From: Octopus vulgaris
Lineage: Eukaryota
Direction: 5' to 3'
Assembly: GCA_951406725.2 (NCBI GenBank)
Contig: OX597827.1
Span: 4,340,001 to 4,404,000 of the forward strand
Length of the DNA stretch: 64,000 bases
Shown: positions 24,835-37,718 of the stretch, one piece after another
Layout of the letters: every line of letters begins with the position of its first letter
How positions within the stretch are numbered: the first letter of the stretch is position 1
Position numbers and translations under genes: made by a program
Notes under the pieces: generated by a model
The model's database searches: none
Told to the model about the DNA's origin: nothing
What the model saw: the letters and a program-made list of their open reading frames with translations, nothing else

Positions 24835-25025
24835 GGCAGCGATCTGGCAGAATTGTTAGCATGTCAGACAAAATGCTGTCAAGTATTTTGTCCATCTTTA
24901 CGTTCTAAGTTCAAATTCTGCTATGACTGACTAAGGTTTCCATCCTTTTGAGGTCAATAAAATAAGTACCAGCTGAAAGGTAGGGTTGATGTAACTGACT
25001 AACCCCATCCCCTAAATTTGCTGGC
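24835..25025 (+). mobile_element. SINE family B, diverged
   Basis: GGCAGCGATCTGGCAGAATTGTTAGC...GTTCAAATTCTG...CATCCTTTTGAGGTCAATAAAATAAGTACCAG. Confidence 0.8.
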
Positions 25026-25464
25026 AGAATCATGAACATGTTGGACAAAATGCATTGTGGCAAATTCTCTGGGCCTATAGTAAAAGATACTTACCCAAGG
25101 TACTGTAAAGTGAGATTGAACCCAGAACCAAGTGGCTGCAAAGTGAGCATCTTAACCACATAGCCATGACTGTACTTAAAGTTATAGTGTATCTGACATC
25201 TATTCAACCCTTGGTTCATTATAAATTTGAAAACACAAAGAACCATGGAAGAAGGGAAAAAAAAGGTGTCAAGTGTGTTTGTGTGTGTGTGAGTGTTTGT
25301 GTATGTGTGAGTGTGAATGTTTGTCTGTGTGTGTGTATTGTGTATGTATGTGTATATATGTGGAATAACATTTAAGACTGAATCACCTGCGAGGAGATAA
25401 TATTTGAAAGAGTTATAAGATGTCTGAAGCAAAAGCAGTTGAGTTGCTTGGAAAAAGAACTGGG

Positions 25465-25515
<51 letters not shown>

Positions 25516-26258
25516 TGTATGTATGTATGTATGTATGTATGTATGTATGTATGTATGTATGTATGTATGTATATATATATATATATATATATATAATGCC
25601 ATCTGATAAAAGAAGATTTTATCTGTAAGATGTAAGATGAGAATATTTGAACACATTAAAGATGGATGGAGTTGTGAGTGATTAAGGAAGAAAATATCTT
25701 GTTGAACAAGCTGTATAGTTAAATACAATTAGACATAGTTTTGTTATAAATAAGAAAGTAAGGAGATGAAGATAACGTAGATAACAAGACAATAGAAGTG
25801 TAATTACTTGAAGCAATTCATATCGATTTCTAATGTTGGCACGAAGCCACAAATTTTGTCGGGGAAGGGGTTTATGGCTGATTAAATTGATCCCTGTATT
25901 TATCTGCTATTTAATTTGATGACAATGAATATACTGTATTTCCCTATGTGCATCCCATTTTCTTTTTGTTCTGTCTGTTGTTTTTGAACTGGTGCTCCTT
26001 GTCGTTGCATGACTGGAGCAGTTGACTTGAAATGTTGTTCACAGGAAGGGCATCTGGCTGTAAACCATTGCCCAGAAAAACTAATCCGTTTCATGTCAAT
26101 ACGGGAAAGTGAATGCAAAATGACAATGATGATGATGATGATGATGGTAATGGTGGTAATGGTGATAGTAGGTGGTGCTGGTGGTGGCAGTGGTTTTGGG
26201 GGTGATGTTTGTAATGATAATGATGATCATCATGATGAATGTGTTTGTGTTTGTGTGA

Positions 26259-26378
<120 letters not shown>

Positions 26379-27214
26379 ATTCTTAACAATGACAACAGGT
26401 CACATAATTTGTAGGAGAGATATGGTCAATTAAATCAAATTCAGTACTTGACTGATATCTGATTTTATTGATTTCAAAAGAAAGAAAAACGAAGCTGATG
26501 TTAACAAGATTTGATCTTAAGGAATATAAACTCTAAGAGGTATTTTGTCTTATAGTCTAACAATTCTAACAGTCCACTATGCTCCAAATTTCTAATATTG
26601 GAAATTTATCACAGATGTCAGAGTTGGCAAGTTGCTGACCAGCTAGTCAAAATATATCTTCACAAGTGCAGTGCTGTCTATATGACAAAAATAAGCAATT
26701 CTCAGATACCTAGACCAGAGATAGGTAGTCTATGACAGACATACCCAATGTGACATGCCATGATATGTTATCACCATGTAGCATTCAAAAACAGCCATGT
26801 TGGCTGCCAGAATCATTTACAAGTCAAAGTGCTTAGTAGCATTTCCCTTGCCTCTTTAAATTGTAAGTTCAAATTGCATTAAGCTTGATTTCTACATTTC
26901 ATCCTTTCATGGTCAATAAAATAAAATGCCAGCCAAGTACTTGGGTTGTTCCTTCCCAAAAATCTTTTGACCATGTGCCAAAATTTGAAACCCTTATCAT
27001 GTGATTTTCTATAATGTTGAACCTGTACTATGACACAATTCAATACAACTAGAATCCAGATTTGTTAACCATATTATTTGGATTAATGGTAAAAAGCATT
27101 TCCAGAAATAGTTTTAAAATTCTTTAATTTCATTCCTGTAAGTTTTGATATCTGTTTAAAAACTTCTACCATGATAGACTGCTTTTAAAGAAATCACAAA
27201 ATATTAGTATAATA

Positions 27215-27665
27215 ATTCCTTCTACTAAAGACAAGAAGCCTGAAATTTTGGGTGAGAAGCTAAGCCAATTAAATCAACCCCAGTGCCCAACTGTTGCTTA
27301 ATTTATTGAATTTGAAAGGGTGAAAGGCAAAGCCAACCTTGATGAAATTTGAACTCAAAATGTAAGGCTGGAAGAAATGCCACTAAGTATTTTATCTGGT
27401 GAGCTAATAATTCTGCTATTTTGTTGCCTTAAATATCAGCTTAATAATAATTATTTCTTGCATCAGTACAAATCCTAAAATTTTGGGGGAATAGGATAGT
27501 CAATTACATCGATCCTAGTGCTCAACTTGTCCTTACTTTATCGACTCTGAAAGAAGGAAAGGTAAAGTTGACCTTGGTGAAATCAAAGCTCAGAGCGTAC
27601 AGCCCAAAAATACTCTTTGAAGCATTTTGTTCCGTGTGCTAATGATTTTACCAGCTCACATCCTT
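27215..27665 (-). mobile_element. Two tandem diverged SINE family B copies (27215-27429 and 27452-27665)
   Basis: Each has AA(A)TTTTGGG...CAGTGC/TAGTGC...GAAAGG(C/T)AAAG...GAACTCA/GCTCAGA, the reverse complement of family B. Confidence 0.7.
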
Positions 27666-29557
27666 GCAAATATCTATACAATAATAAACATTTATCATTT
27701 TTGTAGCTCTCAGCACAGAAATCACGATATCTGGTGAGGAACAATTTTAGATAACCTACATTGATTTTGGCACACATTATCAAAAAGGGTCTTTCATGTA
27801 GACTTCTTATGGTAAATAGATATCAAAGTATCACAACAAGTAATGTCTGCATTTCTAAAGTTGACAATTTCAAGTCATATCCAAGAACTATGATCTTGTA
27901 TACAAAAAAATTACTTTAGCCGGTCTCAAAGGGTTTTGTATGATAAAGATTTACTATTCTGTTTATGATAATTTTACATGTCACGTCCATTTTAATTTTT
28001 AAAATATTCATTAGTTTGCTTGTTCTTTAAAGTTCTTTCCATTTTTTAGTTCCTCCTATTTCTCATGATCTCCGTATCAAACTTACATTAAACACAATGA
28101 AGGATTTAAAAAGGCCTCTCTTCTGTTGTCCAAAGTATTTATAAGGATAATGCATCTGTCTTCAATGAATGCTCATAATCATCTCCCAATGCCTTCATTA
28201 TATTTTCCTTCAAAATCTGAATCTTACATACAATTCCTTGATAATTGCATTATTTACTGGTTAAAGTCTTAAACATATTGAAATAACACATATTCAGAAA
28301 ATTTGAGCTGATGTTGCTTTAGCTTTTCAATAAGAACTGATTCAGAGCTCAGTTTGAAAGATGTTAAATAATAATGACATACATTGTGTATATAGTGTAT
28401 GCTGTGTCTCATATGTACTCAATCTAAACTCTTATATACACAGAAATACAGTAATTCATGTTGATTCATAAGAGCAGGTTTGGAATGTTCTCATATTTTA
28501 CAAATGAAATGCTAATAAAAATTAAATTAACCAATTCAAAAATAAGTTCAAGAAATAGTCTAATCATAGCAAATGGATTGGCCTTAATGTGAGTCATAAT
28601 GTAAAGCAAAGAATAGAATATAATTTTTAAATAAGAAACTAAAAAGAAGTATAAAAGTTTTAAATACAAACTAGGAATAATTTCTTGATATAAGTTTAAA
28701 CACACGACAAAGATTTTGAGAAATTTTGTTGCACAGGTGAATAACTGCAAAAATCAATAGAGCTATATAAAATGTATCTGAATGAGACAATATTTATAGA
28801 ATAACCACCTTTAATAGAATTCTCTGGGCTGGTCTAGGAAGAATAGAGAAATTCTGCGTCTGCTAACATTGATGGAAAATGGTGGCATTAAGTGGAAAAT
28901 ATAGCTTGAAGAGAAAAAAATATAGGATGCAGACATGTTTAAAGCAATACTTTAACATAATAGAGGAATATTGGTGTGCAGGAAAAAGCATGCATGAAAC
29001 AGGTACTTTTCGGTGTTTAACACACTGATGCTACCTTATAGCAAAGATAGATGTATTAGGCTGCAAATCCATAACTGCTGGTTTCAAATACCACTGTAAT
29101 AATGTGCACAAGGTATCAATCTCCACAATGGAGAGAAATGTTTTGGCCTGATTTTTTTCAAAATATATTTCTTTCAGAATGAAATAATGATTTCATACCC
29201 AGATAAATAGCCTCAGATTTATAGAGATTGGGAAATTAGATTGCTAGAACATATATCTTACAAGAAAATTAGCAGTGTAAGTGAAGGGAAGTGTTATAAG
29301 TAGATATGAAAAGCAAAGCCAGAGACTTGGATTGCCAGGAGTGTTGCAAATCTCCATTTTGCTTGATGCATATTATAGCCTAATAGTTTTGATTAATGTT
29401 AGTTGAAAAAATAGAGCATAATGCATCTAAAAAATGCTAGTAAATTCAAGATGTCCATAGATATTACTGATACTTATTTTAACAACCATACACATAATAT
29501 AATTCTGTATTTTATTTTATGTATTAGTCAGAGAGGTGTCCTCATCTCGATTATTGC

Positions 29558-29715
29558 TTTTCACTATGTTTCACTTGTGTACAATCTAGTTTTCTGCAGG
29601 TGTCATCTGATTCACCTTAATGCAGTAACCTACAGGTTTTGAGTTCAGTCCCAGCAAAGGCACTAAGGTGAATCATGTGACACCTGGAGCATACACAGCT
29701 GAAACATAGTGAAAA
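29558..29715. repeat. Imperfect ~158-bp inverted repeat
   Basis: TTTTCACTATGTTTCA pairs with TGAAACATAGTGAAAA, and CAGGTGTCA..TGATTCACCTTA.TGC pairs with GCA.TAAGGTGAATCA..TGACACCTG. Confidence 0.8.
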
Positions 29716-29842
29716 CACTACTCTGAATAATACATAGCGTATATACATAATTTTGCACGTCCACCAATAATCAGCTTGTCTAATAAATTTCATTGAAATA
29801 TTTTACAATAGTTCTGATGCCAGTTTTAAGTTAGTACATAAT

Positions 29843-30049
29843 ACTCTTTTACTCTTTTACTTGTTTCAGTCATTTGACTGCGGCCATGCTGGAGCAACGC
29901 CTTTAGTTGAGCAAATCGACCCCGGGACTTATTCTTTGTAAGCCCAGTACTTATTCTATCAGTCTCTTTTGCCGAACCGCTAAGTTACGGGGACACAAAC
30001 ACAACAGCAACTGTTGTCAAGCGATGTTGGGGGGATAAACACAAACACA

Positions 30050-30095
<46 letters not shown>

Positions 30096-30258
30096 CGATG
30101 GGCTTCTTTCAGTTTCCATCTACCAAATCCACTCACAAGGCTTTTGGTCGGCCTGAGGCTATAGTAGAAGGCATTTGCCCAAGGTGCCACCAGTGGGACT
30201 GAACTCGGAACCATGTGGTTGGTAAGCAAGCTACTTACCACACAGCCACTCCTGTGCC
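29843..30258 (-). mobile_element. SINE family A, full length and young
   Basis: Near identical to the reverse complement of 43115-43530, with CpGs retained. Confidence 0.93.
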
Positions 30259-30879
30259 TACTGTGAATTGATGTTTAATTTCTGATAGTGATAATTATTA
30301 GATGAAATTTCTTTGTTGGTAATTCAATATTTCTTGGTTACTCTGCAGAATGTAAAGTGATTGTAAAGTCAGGTCGAGTACAATAGTATTGACTCTTTCA
30401 TTCGGGCATTCATGAATTTGATCTCTGGGAAAGAAAAATTCTTTGAAAGTTACTCCACATGTAGAATTCCAATTCCTGATGCTTTTGAGCACAACGGAGT
30501 ATAAGTTGAGTAAGTGTTCACTTCTTGCTCAATGATGCAGATTTTACATTTAGTTTTGCAGATGAGAATAGAGTGCCTTCATTACTAAATAAAGGTTAGG
30601 CCGGAAAAAATATCTGCAGATAATCTGAGATGATGTGTTCAAAATATTCACAAACAGCATACACGATGAGGTTTTGAAAACATATCAAGTTATCTCATTG
30701 CCTGTTGTATTTCAAAAACACACATAGAATCAAATATATTTTATCTGAACTAGAACTGACTACTAAATTATGTATAAGAAGTCATCATCAATCAAGGTGT
30801 CAGATATACCAAATTCTTCTCTAACATTCCTTCTTTCTTTAAATGTTTATGATTTCTGAGGAAATTTGGCTCACATATT

Positions 30880-31160
30880 GAGTCATGAGTTCGAATCCTG
30901 GCAGTGCATTGTGACTTTGAGCATGGTACTTTATTTTATGTTGCTCCTCCAGTCCACTCAACAGCCAAAAATGAGTAGTACCTGTATTTCAAACAGCCAG
31001 CTTTGTCACATTTTGTGTCACACCGAATCTCCCTGATAACTACTTTAAGGGTATGCATGTCTGTGGAGTGCTCAGCCACTTGCAGGTTAATTTCACAAGC
31101 AGGTTGTTCTGTTAATTGGATCAACTGAAATAATTGTTGTCATAACTGACAGAGTGCCAG
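30880..31160 (+). mobile_element. tRNA-derived SINE sharing its 3' half with family C
   Basis: B box GAGTTCGAATCC. The 3' part GTACCTGTATTTCAAA...GTCTGTGGAGTGCTCAGCCACTT...GGATCAAC matches the reverse complement of 57251-57435. Confidence 0.8.
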
Positions 31161-32865
31161 TGGCATGGAATATCTCATGTGTAGAATTCAGTGATGTGGC
31201 TTCTTTTGTCTTAGATATGAAGTTTAACATTTTTGAAGAGAAATAAATAAAAACGATGATATCCAGGCTTCTCTGAGGAGTATGAACAATATAGAAAAAA
31301 AGATAAATAATTGTAACCATGAACAGAAGCCAGATTAATTATTCTTTTACTGTTTAGTTTGGGTGAGGCAGGCAGAGTCTTTTTTTTTTTTTGGCTTCAG
31401 CATCTCCAAGTTTAATAGGAAGAAGTAATCAGCAACTCAGAGACCAAGTTTGAATGCTTGCAAGACAGTGAACTCTGCTAAAAGCATTCCATGATCAAAG
31501 AGACATATTAAACTGAGTGACAGATTAAGTTTATAACCTAAGAACTCAGCATGTAAACACCTAACACAAATACTGCAATGAATCTTGGTTAATGATCTGA
31601 GACTGGTGCTATAGTTTATTGACCCTAAAAGGATGAAAGACAATGCTGACCTTAACATAGAAGAACACAGAGAGCTAGAACAAACACTAAACAGAATTTT
31701 GTCCTATGGCTTAAAGCCTCTGCCAATTCGTCACCTTTTTCATGACTTGTTGGACTGTGGTTAATGTCTACTCTGTGATTGTTATGCCATTGGAAACATA
31801 CAGAGATGAAAATGATGACATAGTTGGACTATATGCATCGCAATATTTAATTTTATCCCTATCATCTCTGAGTTCAAATCCTGTTGAAAGCAACTTTGTC
31901 TTTCATAAAATTCAGTCTACCACAAGCCTACATACAAGCTTACATGGCTGGAACTTATCCAAAATTTCTAGGCATTTAGACTGTTTTTACAAAAGTATAT
32001 CATGAATGGGATACCAGTCTGTCATCCTATTCAGGGTGCTACCGGCACTCATTTTCAGCTGAGTTTACTGGAGCAACAGGAAACAGTGTCTTAGTCAAGT
32101 ACACAATACACTACCTGATCCAGCAATTGAACCTAATGATCATGAACCCAATACTTCTAACTACTTGACCACATGCCTTTCATTCATCCATTCAAGATCA
32201 AAGAAATAAGTTCCAAGTAGCAACATAAATGCTTTGTGCCAAATCTAAGAACTCAATATATAAAGCAGTGCCGTTAATATAAATAGGAATATACAAGAGT
32301 TTAAATTTTATTTGTAAATTGAAATCAAACCGGTATTTTTTTTTTTTTTTTTGAAGCAAGCAATTTACAAATTGTATTTGGTAGAAATCACTTGTGCATG
32401 AAAAACAAAGTTGTGTAAGTTAAGACTAGTGACTTAAAAGTTCCTAAACAAATTCTAAATACAATGACTAATAGGAAATAAGTAAAAAGTCAAGCAGCAA
32501 AACAATGCCTGGAGCGGCAGCTTTGTTAGCAGTTCTTAGGGGGATGAAAAGAAGGAGGGCAAGCAGGAGGAAGGAAGAGGAGAAGGAAAATATTTTCTGT
32601 TAATGAAAGTCAGAGAAACTGAAGAGTGGGGAAGAAGGAAGGTAAAATGTGAAGAATAATGACAGAGGAAAAGAATGAGATACAGTTGAATTCAATTTAA
32701 AATGTGAAGATTACAGAGAACATGAGAGACAGAGAGAGAGAAATAAACAAATAGATAGAGAGAGGGAACTAGAATGAAGTAAAGTATATTTTCCATCAAT
32801 AACAAACAAGATTGTCTAGAAATAGTAACAAATGCTCTTTATTTATTTACTTTTTAACCTTGCAG

Positions 32866-33181
32866 GATTTTAGTTTTTGGAATGTTATTATATATATTTG
32901 CACTTCGTACATACTTCCATGTCATTCACAAGACATCTACACAAACATATAGTTGTGACAGAATCTGATGCAACTACATTATCTGAGAACAAAAGATTCT
33001 TTAGCACCTTACTAAAAGGAGAAGAATGGAAAGTTATATAAACAAGAAGATACGCCTGCAACTTTCGATATAGAAAGATTGTTACCGGAGAAATTGGTAC
33101 AGAAATATCAAAAATAACAAAGCAATAAATATCTTTCAGCAATATTGACAATGCACAAACATATTAAGTATTTATTTGTAG
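32866..33181 (+). other. Weak candidate spliced exon (5' UTR plus possible start MHKHIKYLFV)
   Basis: Acceptor TTTTTAACCTTGCAG|G and donor AG|GTATGT. An ATG at 33151 (A at -3) is open to the donor and preceded by an in-frame stop. No homology evidence. Confidence 0.25.
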
Positions 33182-34160
33182 GTATGTAAAATTAATTCTA
33201 CGATGAGATGGTATGGGGGATTAGTTTGTTGAAGTTTAGTCATATACAGAATAATAAATCTTTAAGTGATGTTATGCATTACTGCTATATATGAACTGAA
33301 GAGGCAGTTGAGTTAAGTATTTTTGTGAGATAGTCGTATGCATTGTGTGTTGGGGTAATGGCTCTACAAGAACACTGTTGCTGCATAGGAATTTGATATT
33401 TAAATATAATGAAATAATGGAAGAGTAATTATTATGTAAATTAATAAATAAATAAATATTATAAACTTATTTATTGAAATAATTGATAATATCCATTCTA
33501 AATTGGAAATAGAAGAATATGCTATAATTAATGAAACATGATTTTATGAAATGAATAAAATTTTTCAATCCCAATAAATTCATAATATAACTTTCATCTC
33601 CTTTATATGGTGCTTCAAAACAATAGTTTTGAAGCACCATAGGAATGAAAACAAATAATTAAACAAATTAATCCCTTAAGTGTATATCTTTTCATTCATT
33701 CATTCATTCAATCATCATCATCGTCGTCATCATCAATACAATTTATTTTAAATACTTTACTTTTCCTTGTTAATTGCTTGGATGTTGGTGCCTTATCAAA
33801 TTTTAATGTTAATTTCAAAGATTATGCAAGGCCAAGCATTTTCATTTATTGTAGTGGGTAGGATAGGGGAGGGGTATTATTGATTATATTTTCCCTTAGT
33901 ATATAACTGGTATATATTTTGTTGACTACCCCCATCTCCCCATAAAAAAAGTGAAAAAGCAAGGTCAAACGCAGAGAGGTTTGTATTCAGGATATAAAAA
34001 GACGTAGCCAAATGTTGTGAAACCTTTTGCCTAATGATCTTTCAGGGTCTGTCATTATAACTGTTTGTTAATTGAATATTCTTTCTTCCAGTATTGTAAT
34101 TAAGTAAAAATATATATATATATAATTCAAAAGTTTAATGGTTGAAAAGTATGAGAAGGT

Positions 34161-34340
34161 ATCATCATCATAGTTTTAGCATCTTCTTTTCCACACCTGC
34201 ATGAGAGCATGTTAGAGCAGAGTTTTCTGTGGCTAGATGCCCCTCATGTGGCCAACACCCCTTGTTTCCAAGAGGGGTAAAAGTCTCCCAGTCTACCAAA
34301 CAATATACAACTGAGACATGTTTTATACAAGGAACTGAAA
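34161..34340 (-). mobile_element. RTE-type 3' end, diverged
   Basis: (ATC)n tail, then TTTTCCACACCTGCATG...GGCTAGATGCCCCTC. Confidence 0.5.
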
Positions 34341-34459
34341 CAAATGGCACAAAATGAAGGTCTTTTTTGTTTACAAAGACTGCATAATAAGTCAAAAGAT
34401 GCCAAGAAGTTCAGAATGCTTTCCTGGTGGACTGCAAAGAAACTACTTACTCACACACG

Positions 34460-34553
<94 letters not shown>

Positions 34554-34993
34554 TGGGCATTCTAAGGACTAGATGCTTCCTATCCCTCTCTTCTATTTTT
34601 TCTCTTTTCGAATAACATATTTCTCCCAGTGTTCACTATTTTCCTCTCATTCTGGTCCAACGACCCTCCATGTTTGTTTTCATTTGGTTTCCTTGTATGT
34701 CTCCACTGTCCTGTTTTTGTTCACAACTTTGACCCTCCATAAATCCAAAATTCTATTTTGGTATTTATGGGAGCAATTGTCTTTGAAGACTCCTGTTGTC
34801 ATTGATTACTCGAAATGGGGAGTAGATAGACAGCCAACAACTGATGAAGTGTCGTTCTGTGTATTCTTTGTATTACTTGTCCAGTTTTCCATTTTTTCTC
34901 TTATTGTTTGCGTATTTAACTCATTTGTTTTTGTATTTCATGTTGTTTACTGTTGGTGACAACATGTACCCATATATGCATATACATATACAT

Positions 34994-35064
<71 letters not shown>

Positions 35065-36289
35065 TATTTCTTCTCAAGTTGCCAGGAAAACTAATTTATT
35101 TATTATATAATCATTTAGAGGGTTTATATATATCAACTCAAAATAATAATAAAGGTGCATTTATTAAATTAGTTATTGGTTATCAATTCAGAAATAAAAA
35201 TGTAAAATATCTACCTCACTTCGATTTTAAATTTGTATTACCATTAAATATTTCAACTTTTCCAAGCAAGATTTCTAAAAAGACACTATAGGGTCTACTA
35301 AGAGGGCTACTTTAGGAAAACTATTAGTAAAATATTATGCAAGTTGTTATAACATTGGATAGGGATATCAATTTGTGTAAAAGACAGGGCATATAGACCA
35401 AACTCAATTCCTTGATGGTAGTATGGTATCCTAGAAAACATTATTAAAGCAGACGAACAAGAATGTCTGGAGAAAGATTCAGATAAATATAGTAACTAAA
35501 AATAATACAATTCAGTAAGAAGGTTTAAGAGAACCATAGTAAAAAAAAAAAAGATATAACCGTTAAACATAAAAATACGAAAATGAAACAGAAAGTCTGT
35601 TTCAAAGAGAAACTTATGTAAAAAAAAACAAAAAGCAAGGAGAGAAAAAAAATGACTTGAAATATATTTGACTAAATGGCTTTTTATTAAAAGAAATAAA
35701 ATTGCTCTAAAGATGAGAAAATGTACCAATGTATTTTCTAGAATGTTATTCATTGAACTCAGAGGGAAAGTAAAATACCAATGAAAAAAGAAAGAAAATA
35801 GCAATCCATATTGTTTTTTTTTATTTATTTATATATATTTTTTTATTTTACTTTTTAGTATGTGCGTGTGTGAGACTCCATTAAGTAAAGAAACAATATA
35901 TAAATACATAAATGCAATCCCAGACATGCTTTATAGAAAGAAAAAAAGAGATACTGCTTCTTTTCTTTTAATTATGTTTTATATAAAAGAAATTTGATCT
36001 AAAGTGTACAAAAATAAAATTCTCTTTTTTCATCGTTTTGTTTATGACTTAAGATCAAAAATTTAGTTTTACGCTTTCAAAATGTAATATATGCACAGAG
36101 AAATAACTTTACTGAAATAGAACATAGCGAATATGGTAAATGCTTATAGTGCATTGAAAGAACACAAAGAAAGAACTCAGCTTATAATAGCAGACTTAAA
36201 ACAAGAAGAAGAAGGCAGATTCTAAAGTGAAGCAATATCAACTCGCTAATCTTAAACAATATCCTGCCTTCAGATAATGAATCCAAACA

Positions 36290-36480
36290 GTTGGTTGCTA
36301 AAACTGGTTGATGATAACTGACAACTAACATTCAACAGCTTAGAATGAAAGAACTTGAATTTTATCCCTCAAGCTTCTAACAGGATATGCAGCAGCTCTC
36401 ATACAATGTCATTGACAGCTGCAAAACATGAAAGGAAAAGCATAGCTCTTTGATAGGACAACATTCCTGCAGTCATCAAA
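36290..36480 (+). mobile_element. Possible decayed pogo/Tigger transposase fragment
   Basis: KHERKSIAL**DNIPA resembles the DDE_1 motif LLLLDNAPxH. Heavily disrupted. Confidence 0.25.
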
Positions 36481-37684
36481 AATGTAAATAAATTAACAAG
36501 TAAACTAAAATTCTTACTTTAATCTAATGAATACTGTTGATCTAAGCCATAATCAATGATGTTTATATTTCTCACCAAAAGCAGATCAAAGCTACAGGAT
36601 CGTCACTTTCAATAGTAAAATATAACATAGGCAAACAAGACCCTTACCATCATCACCACCGCCAACACTGCCAACATCACCAGCATTATCAGCATCATCA
36701 AAACAAAATGTAAGTGGAATTGTCACTCCAGTGGTTGTGTATAGAATCCAATTCTAGACCATTTTAAGTATACGTAATATATGTAAATGAGAGCAGGTTG
36801 TGGGCTTTCGCCTACAAACTTAGCTTTAATAAAGCAAGGAACATATTGTTTGATCTTATATAGTCCATATTAGGTTTCATTATAATTTCAATACACACCA
36901 TCTCAGGTGATTCTTCATTTCACTGTTGACACAGCCTCTTTTAATGTTTAAGTGTATGGATGTGAGTGTGCATGTGTATGTGCGTGCAGATATGTATGTG
37001 TAAACGTGTAAAGAATCAGCTCCATACTTTATTTTTTTCTATAGCTGTTTGCAAGAAAACAAAGTGACATTAATCTATATTAGCATAACACACAGCACAT
37101 ACACAAACACACACATATGCACACTTATCGGTATACAAATATATGCACACATGTCTGCTTAAACACACACACATGCATCTTTCTCCTTTTTTTTCCTCAC
37201 TGTTATAATGTTGTAAACACTATACTATTCATAGACTATTTTATGGCACTTTCCATAATTTTTTTTCTCGACATCACTTGTTTGAAGGTATATTTCTTAG
37301 GCAGGCATAAGCTACTTGGCATTTCCTTGCAAATTCTTCTGTCTATGGAACTTCTGGAGATTCTTTAACAGGCCTCCTGTTTTTAAGTATTTCTTGAATA
37401 TAAAAGTCTTGGCCAGTCACATGTATAATTGAGTGTCTCATCACCCTTGCCATTATAATGTGTTCAGTTGATATGCTTAGGTTCTGTTCCTTGACTGAAG
37501 TCTCTTAGCACAGATGATATTCATTTGCGCAATGCAATGATTGTGCCAGATTTAACTGCTTAGTTTCCCACAACCACCACCACCAGGTCAAACTTAAATA
37601 TCCTGGCCCTTGTGACTATCTACTGTATCACATACTGCAAGTTTTTGAAATATATACCCAAGGTCACACACACACATGCACACA

Positions 37685-37718
<34 letters not shown>

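Noticed and set aside
28090-28330. Possible Tc1 transposase C-terminal remnant on the minus strand
   Set aside because: Similarity (LKENIMKA...) is too weak to call without an alignment.
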